DNA of 64,000 bases from Eledone cirrhosa (taxonomy: Eukaryota), in assembly GCA_964016885.1 (NCBI GenBank), contig OZ024740.1, forward strand, positions 27,590,001 to 27,654,000, read 5' to 3'. Position numbers and translations under genes: made by a program. This document shows positions 56,580-64,000 of the stretch, in pieces. The stretch's first letter is position 1, and every line of letters starts with the position of its first letter. Below the pieces are notes generated by a model. That model was given only the letters and a program-made list of their open reading frames with translations. It did no database searches and was not told where the DNA came from.

Positions 56580-59500
56580 AACATATTAGTAAGAGCAATA
56601 CCTTGTGTCTATTGTAATCAATATCACAGTTGGTAACATATTAGTAAGAGCAATACCTTGTGTCTATTGTAATCAATATTACAGTTGGTAACATATTAGT
56701 AAAAGCAATACCTTGTGTCTAATGTAATCAATATTACAGTTGGTAACATATTAGTAAGAGCAATACCTTGTGTCTATTGTAATCAATATTACAGTTGGTA
56801 ACATATTAGTAAGAGCAATACCTTGTGTCTATTGTAATCAATATTACAGTTGGTAACATATTAGTAAGAGCAATACCTTGTGTCTATTGTAATCAATATT
56901 ACAGTTGGTAACATATTAGTAAGAGCAATACTTTGTGTCTATTGTAATCAATATTACAGTTGGTAACATATTAGTAAGAGCAATGCCTTGTGTCTATTGT
57001 AATCAATATCACAGTTGGTAACATATTAGTAAGAGCAATACCTTGTGTCTATTGTAATCAATATCACAGTTGGTAACATATTAGTAAGAGCAATACCTTG
57101 TGTCTATTGTAATCAATATTACAGTTGGTAACATATTAGTAAAAGCAATACCTTGTGTCTAATGTAATCAATATTACAGTTGGTAACATATTAGTAAGAG
57201 CAATACCTTGTGTCTATTGTAATCAATATTACAGTTGGTAACATATTAGTAAGAGCAATACCTTGTGTCTAATGTAATCAATATTACAGTTGGTAACATA
57301 TTAGTAAGAGCAATACCTTGTGTCTATTGTAATCAATATTACAGTTGGTAACATATTAGTAAGAACAATACCTCGTGTCTATTGTAATCAATATTACATT
57401 TGGTAACATATTAGTAAGAACAATACCTTGTGTCTATTGTAATCAATATTACAGTTGGTAACATATTAGTAAGAGCAATACCTTGTGTCTATGGTAATCA
57501 ATATTACAGTTGGTAACATATTAGTAAGAACAATACCTCGTGTCTATTGTAATCAATATTACAGTTGGTAACATATTAGTAAGAACAATACCTTGTGTCT
57601 ATTGTAATCAATATTACAGTTGGTAACACATTAGTAAGAGCAATACCTCGTGTCTATTGTAATCAATATTACAGTTGGTAACATATTAGTAAGAGCAATA
57701 CCTTATGTCTATTGTAATCAATATTACAGGTGGTAGCATATTAGTAAAAGCAATACCTTGTGTCTATTGTAATCAATTTCACAGTTGGTAACATATTAGT
57801 AAGAGCAATACCTTGTGTCTATTGTAATCAATATTACAGGTGGTAGCATATTAGTAAAAGCAATACCTTGTGTCTATTGTAATCAATATTACAGTTGGTA
57901 ACATATTAGTAAGAATAATACCTCGTGTCTATTGTAATCAATATTACAGTTGGTAACATATTAGTAAGAACAATACCTTGTGTCTATTGTAATCAATATT
58001 ACAGTTGGTAACACATTAGTAAGAGCAATACCTCGTGTATATTGTAATCAATATTACAGTTGGTAACATATTAGTAAGAGCAATACCTTATGTCTATTGT
58101 AATCAATATTACAGGTGGTAGCATATTAGTAAAAGCAATACCTTGTGTCTATTGTAATCAATTTCACAGTTGGTAACATATTAGTAAGAGCAATACCTTG
58201 TGTCTATTGTAATCAATATTACAGTTGGTAACATATTAGTAAGAGCAATACCTTGTGTCTATTGTAATCAATATTACAGGTGGTAGCATATTAGTAAGAG
58301 CAATACCTTGCGTCTATTGCAATCAATATTACAGTTGGTAACATATTAGTAAGAGCAATACCTTGTGTCTATTGTAATCAATATCACAGTTGGTAACATA
58401 TTAGTAAAAGCAATACCTTGTGTCTATTGTAATCAATATTACAGTTGGTACCATATTAGTAAAAGCAATACCTCGTGTCTGTTGTAATCAATATTACAGT
58501 TGGTAACATATTAGTAAGAACAATACCTCGTGTCTATTGTAATCAATATCACAGTTGGTAACATATTAGTAAGAGCAATACCTCGTGTCTATTGTAATCA
58601 ATATTACAGTTGGTAACATATTAGTAAGAGCAATACCTTGTGCCTATTGTAATCAATATTACAGTTGGTAACATATTAGTAAGAGCAATACCTCGTGTCT
58701 ATTGTAATCAATATTAGAGTTGGTAACATATTAGTAAGAGCAATATCTTGTGCCTATTGTAATCAATATTACAGTTGGTAACATATTAGTAAGAACAATA
58801 CCTTGTGTATATTGTAATCAATATTACAGTTGGTACCATATTAGTAAGAGCAATTCCTTGTGTCTATTGTAATCAATATTAGAGTTGGTAACATATTACT
58901 AAGAACAATACATTGTGTCTATTGTAATCAATATTACAGGTGGTAACATATTAGAAAGAACAATACCTCGTGTATATTGTAATCAATATTACAGTTCGTA
59001 ACACATTTGTAAGAGCAATACCTTGTGTCTATTGTAACCAATATCACAGTTGGTCACATATTAGTAAGAGCAATACCGTGTGTCTATTGTAATCAATATT
59101 ACAGTTGGTAACATATTAGTAAGAGCAATACCTTGTGTCTATTGTAATCAATATTACAGTTGGTAACATATTAGTAAGAGCAATACCTTGTGTCTATTGT
59201 AATCAATCTTACAGTTGGTAACATATTAGTAAGAGCAATACCTTGTGTCTATTGTAATCAATATTACAGTTGGTAACATATTAGTAAGAGCAATACCTTG
59301 TGTCTATTGTAATCAATATCACAGTTGGTAACATATTAGTAAGAGCAATACCTTGTGTCTATTGTAATCAATATTACAGTTGGTAACATATTAGTAAAAG
59401 CAATACCTTGTGTCTAATGTAATCAATATTACAGTTGGTAACATATTAGTAAGAGCAATACCTTGTGTCTATTGTAATCAATATTACAGTTGGTAACATA

Positions 59501-62500
59501 TTAGTAAGAGCAATACCTTGTGTCTAATGTAATCAATATTAAAGTTGGTAACATATTAGTAAGAGCAATACCTTGTTTCTATTGTAATCAATATTACAGT
59601 TCGTAACATATTAGTAAGAGCAATACCTTGCGTCTATTGTAATTAGTATTACAGTTGGTAACATATTAGTAAGAGCAATACCTTGTGTCTATTGTAATCA
59701 ATATTACAGTTGGTAACATATTAGTAAGAGCAATACCTTGTGTCTATTGTAATCAATATCACAGTTGGTAACATATTAGTAAGAGCAATACCTTGTGTCT
59801 ATTGTAATCAATATTACAGTTGGTAACATATTAGTAAAAGCAATACCTTGTGTCTAATGTAATCAATATTACAGTTGGTAACATATTAGTAAGAGCAATA
59901 CCTTGTGTCTATTGTAATCAATATTACAGTTGGTAACATATTAGTAAGAGCAATACCTTGTGTCTATTGTAATCAATATTACAGTTGGTAACATATTAGT
60001 AAGAGCAATACCTTGTGTCTATTGTAATCAATATTACAGTTGGTAACATATTAGTAAGAGCAATACTTTGTGTCTATTGTAATCAATATTACAGTTGGTA
60101 ACATATTAGTAAGAGCAATGCCTTGTGTCTATTGTAATCAATATCACAGTTGGTAACATATTAGTAAGAGCAATACCTTGTGTCTATTGTAATCAATATC
60201 ACAGTTGGTAACATATTAGTAAGAGCAATACCTTGTGTCTATTGTAATCAATATTACAGTTGGTAACATATTAGTAAAAGCAATACCTTGTGTCTAATGT
60301 AATCAATATTACAGTTGGTAACATATTAGTAAGAGCAATACCTTGTGTCTATTGTAATCAATATTACAGTTGGTAACATATTAGTAAGAGCAATACCTTG
60401 TGTCTAATGTAATCAATATTACAGTTGGTAACATATTAGTAAGAGCAATACCTTGTGTCTATTGTAATCAATATTACAGTTGGTAACATATTAGTAAGAA
60501 CAATACCTCGTGTCTATTGTAATCAATATTACATTTGGTAACATATTAGTAAGAACAATACCTTGTGTCTATTGTAATCAATATTACAGTTGGTAACATA
60601 TTAGTAAGAGCAATACCTTGTGTCTATGGTAATCAATATTACAGTTGGTAACATATTAGTAAGAACAATACCTCGTGTCTATTGTAATCAATATTACAGT
60701 TGGTAACATATTAGTAAGAACAATACCTTGTGTCTATTGTAATCAATATTACAGTTGGTAACACATTAGTAAGAGCAATACCTCGTGTCTATTGTAATCA
60801 ATATTACAGTTGGTAACATATTAGTAAGAGCAATACCTTATGTCTATTGTAATCAATATTACAGGTGGTAGCATATTAGTAAAAGCAATACCTTGTGTCT
60901 ATTGTAATCAATTTCACAGTTGGTAACATATTAGTAAGAGCAATACCTTGTGTCTATTGTAATCAATATTACAGGTGGTAGCATATTAGTAAAAGCAATA
61001 CCTTGTGTCTATTGTAATCAATATTACAGTTGGTAACATATTAGTAAGAATAATACCTCGTGTCTATTGTAATCAATATTACAGTTGGTAACATATTAGT
61101 AAGAACAATACCTTGTGTCTATTGTAATCAATATTACAGTTGGTAACACATTAGTAAGAGCAATACCTCGTGTATATTGTAATCAATATTACAGTTGGTA
61201 ACATATTAGTAAGAGCAATACCTTATGTCTATTGTAATCAATATTACAGGTGGTAGCATATTAGTAAAAGCAATACCTTGTGTCTATTGTAATCAATTTC
61301 ACAGTTGGTAACATATTAGTAAGAGCAATACCTTGTGTCTATTGTAATCAATATTACAGTTGGTAACATATTAGTAAGAGCAATACCTTGTGTCTATTGT
61401 AATCAATATTACAGGTGGTAGCATATTAGTAAGAGCAATACCTTGCGTCTATTGCAATCAATATTACAGTTGGTAACATATTAGTAAGAGCAATACCTTG
61501 TGTCTATTGTAATCAATATCACAGTTGGTAACATATTAGTAAAAGCAATACCTTGTGTCTATTGTAATCAATATTACAGTTGGTACCATATTAGTAAAAG
61601 CAATACCTCGTGTCTGTTGTAATCAATATTACAGTTGGTAACATATTAGTAAGAACAATACCTCGTGTCTATTGTAATCAATATCACAGTTGGTAACATA
61701 TTAGTAAGAGCAATACCTCGTGTCTATTGTAATCAATATTACAGTTGGTAACATATTAGTAAGAGCAATACCTTGTGCCTATTGTAATCAATATTACAGT
61801 TGGTAACATATTAGTAAGAGCAATACCTCGTGTCTATTGTAATCAATATTAGAGTTGGTAACATATTAGTAAGAGCAATATCTTGTGCCTATTGTAATCA
61901 ATATTACAGTTGGTAACATATTAGTAAGAACAATACCTTGTGTATATTGTAATCAATATTACAGTTGGTACCATATTAGTAAGAGCAATTCCTTGTGTCT
62001 ATTGTAATCAATATTAGAGTTGGTAACATATTACTAAGAACAATACATTGTGTCTATTGTAATCAATATTACAGGTGGTAACATATTAGAAAGAACAATA
62101 CCTCGTGTATATTGTAATCAATATTACAGTTCGTAACACATTTGTAAGAGCAATACCTTGTGTCTATTGTAACCAATATCACAGTTGGTCACATATTAGT
62201 AAGAGCAATACCGTGTGTCTATTGTAATCAATATTACAGTTGGTAACATATTAGTAAGAGCAATACCTTGTGTCTATTGTAATCAATATTACAGTTGGTA
62301 ACATATTAGTAAGAGCAATACCTTGTGTCTATTGTAATCAATCTTACAGTTGGTAACATATTAGTAAGAGCAATACCTTGTGTCTATTGTAATCAATATT
62401 ACAGTTGGTAACATATTAGTAAGAGCAATACCTTGTGTCTATTGTAATCAATATCACAGTTGGTAACATATTAGTAAGAGCAATACCTTGTGTCTATTGT

Positions 62501-62890
62501 AATCAATATTACAGTTGGTAACATATTAGTAAAAGCAATACCTTGTGTCTAATGTAATCAATATTACAGTTGGTAACATATTAGTAAGAGCAATACCTTG
62601 TGTCTATTGTAATCAATATTACAGTTGGTAACATATTAGTAAGAGCAATACCTTGTGTCTAATGTAATCAATATTAAAGTTGGTAACATATTAGTAAGAG
62701 CAATACCTTGTTTCTATTGTAATCAATATTACAGTTCGTAACATATTAGTAAGAGCAATACCTTGCGTCTATTGTAATTAGTATTACAGTTGGTAACATA
62801 TTAGTAAGAGCAATACCTTGTGTCTATTGTAATCAATATTACAGTTGGTAACATATTAGTAAGAGCAATACCTTGTGTCTATTGTAATCA
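56580..62890. repeat. 3135-bp (57x55) tandem duplication
   Basis: TATTGCAAT 58320/61455, CAATCTTAC 59208/62343 and TTCGTAAC 58997/62132. Confidence 0.9.
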
Positions 62891-64000
62891 ATATTACAGT
62901 TGGTAACATATTAGTAAGAGCAATACCTTGTGTCTATTGTAATCAATATTACAGTTGGTAACATATTAGTAAGAGCAATACATTGCGTCTATTGTAATCA
63001 ATATTACAGTTGGTAACATATTAGTAAGAGCAATACCGTGTGTCTATTGTAATCAATATTACAGTTGGTAACATATTAGTAAGAGCAATACCTTGTGTCT
63101 ATTGTAATCAATATTACAGTTGGTAACATATTAGTAAGAGCAATACCTTGTGTCTATTGTAATCAATATTACAGTTCGTAACACATTTGTAAGAGCAATA
63201 CCTTGTGTCTATTGTAACCAATATCACAGTTGGTCACATATTAGTAAGAGCAATACCGTGTGTCTATTGTAATCAATATTACAGTTGGTAACATATTAGT
63301 AAGAGCAATGCCTTGTGTCTATTGTAATCAGATATTACAGTTGGTAACATATTAGTAAGAGCAATACCTTGTGTCTATTGTAATCAATATTACAGTTGGT
63401 AACATATTAGTAAGAGCAATACCTTGTGTCTATTGTAATCAATATTACAGTTGGTAACATATTAGTAAGAGCAATACCTTGTGTCTATTGTAATCAATAT
63501 TACAGTTGGTAACATATTAGTAAGAACAATACCTCGTGTCTATTGTAATCAATATTACATTTGGTAACATATTAGTAAGAACAATACCTTGTGTCTATTG
63601 TAATCAATATTACAGTTGGTAACATATTAGTAAGAGAAATACCTTGTGTCTATTGTAATCAATATTACAGTTGGTAACATATTAGTAAGAATAATACCTC
63701 GTGTCTATTGTAATCAATATTACAGTTGGTAACATATTAGTAAGAACAATACCTTGTGTCTATTGTAATCAATATTACAGTTGGTAACACATTAGTAAGA
63801 GTAATACCTCGTGTGTATTGTAATCAATTTCACAGTTGGTAACATATTAGTAAGAGCAATACCTTGTGTCTATTGTAATCAATATTACAGTTGGTAACAT
63901 ATTAGTAAGAGCAATACCTTGTGTCTATTGTAATCAATATTACAGGTGGTAGCATATTAGTAAGAGCAATACCTTGCGTCTATTGTAATCAATATTACAG

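Larger units (their letters stand above)
1..64000. repeat. 55-bp AT-rich tandem satellite array (~1,160 monomers, single orientation, runs off both window ends)
   Basis: The consensus TTAGTAAGAGCAATACCTTGTGTCTATTGTAATCAATATTACAGTTGGTAACATA recurs every 55 bp on every line. Most copies carry 0-3 substitutions. Length variants of 37, 54, 56 and 58 bp occur. No non-repeat interruption was seen. Confidence 0.99.

Noticed and set aside
1-64000. CRISPR array
   Set aside because: The units are contiguous copies with no unique spacers, and no cas genes or leader are present.
1-64000. Giant repetitive protein-coding ORF on either strand
   Set aside because: The plus strand has stops in all three frames in each consensus monomer (TAG 2, TAA 5, 30, 49). 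The minus strand has stops in two frames per monomer, and the frame rotates because 55 is not a multiple of 3, so open stretches stay under about two monomers.
1-64000. ORF under a TAA/TAG-reassigned genetic code (55-aa repeat)
   Set aside because: The consensus plus strand lacks TGA, so it is formally open. However, there is no start or gene context, no codon-position bias is evident, some variants create TGA, and satellite dynamics explain the pattern fully.
1-64000. Rolling-circle or reverse-transcriptase concatemer (RCA artefact, DRT2-like cDNA, telomerase-type product)
   Set aside because: Variants are inherited in nested multi-kb blocks, which implies genomic duplication history rather than repeated copying of one short template. 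There is also no stop-free frame and no RT gene.
1-64000. Canonical telomeric repeat
   Set aside because: There is no short G-rich unit or strong G/C strand skew; TTAGT resembles TTAGG only superficially. A subtelomeric location is not excluded.
1-64000. Variant order as an information-bearing code or diversity-generating cassette system
   Set aside because: The order is accounted for by block duplications, and no recombinase, RT or expression locus is visible.

Overview
The whole 64 kb window is one uninterrupted head-to-tail tandem satellite array, all in one orientation. It holds about 1,160 copies (estimated as length/55) of an AT-rich (16/55 G+C, ~29%) 55-bp monomer. Consensus: TTAGTAAGAGCAATACCTTGTGTCTATTGTAATCAATATTACAGTTGGTAACATA (exact copy at 441-495). 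I found no genes, RNA genes, CRISPR spacers, transposon pieces or unique DNA, and neither array edge is inside the window. The information lies in the monomer variants. They show nested higher-order repeats (110, 168, 504, 1104, ~1321, 2609/2664, 3135, 4683 and 5674 bp offsets) and left-to-right turnover of variant families. Two length variants coincide with an internal hairpin: one deletes it and one extends it. This looks like eukaryotic satellite/heterochromatic DNA, but I cannot name the organism or family, and I see no support for a new gene-based system. Offsets were measured by eye from rare marker variants. Block boundaries are approximate to about 1-2 monomers and copy counts are manual.
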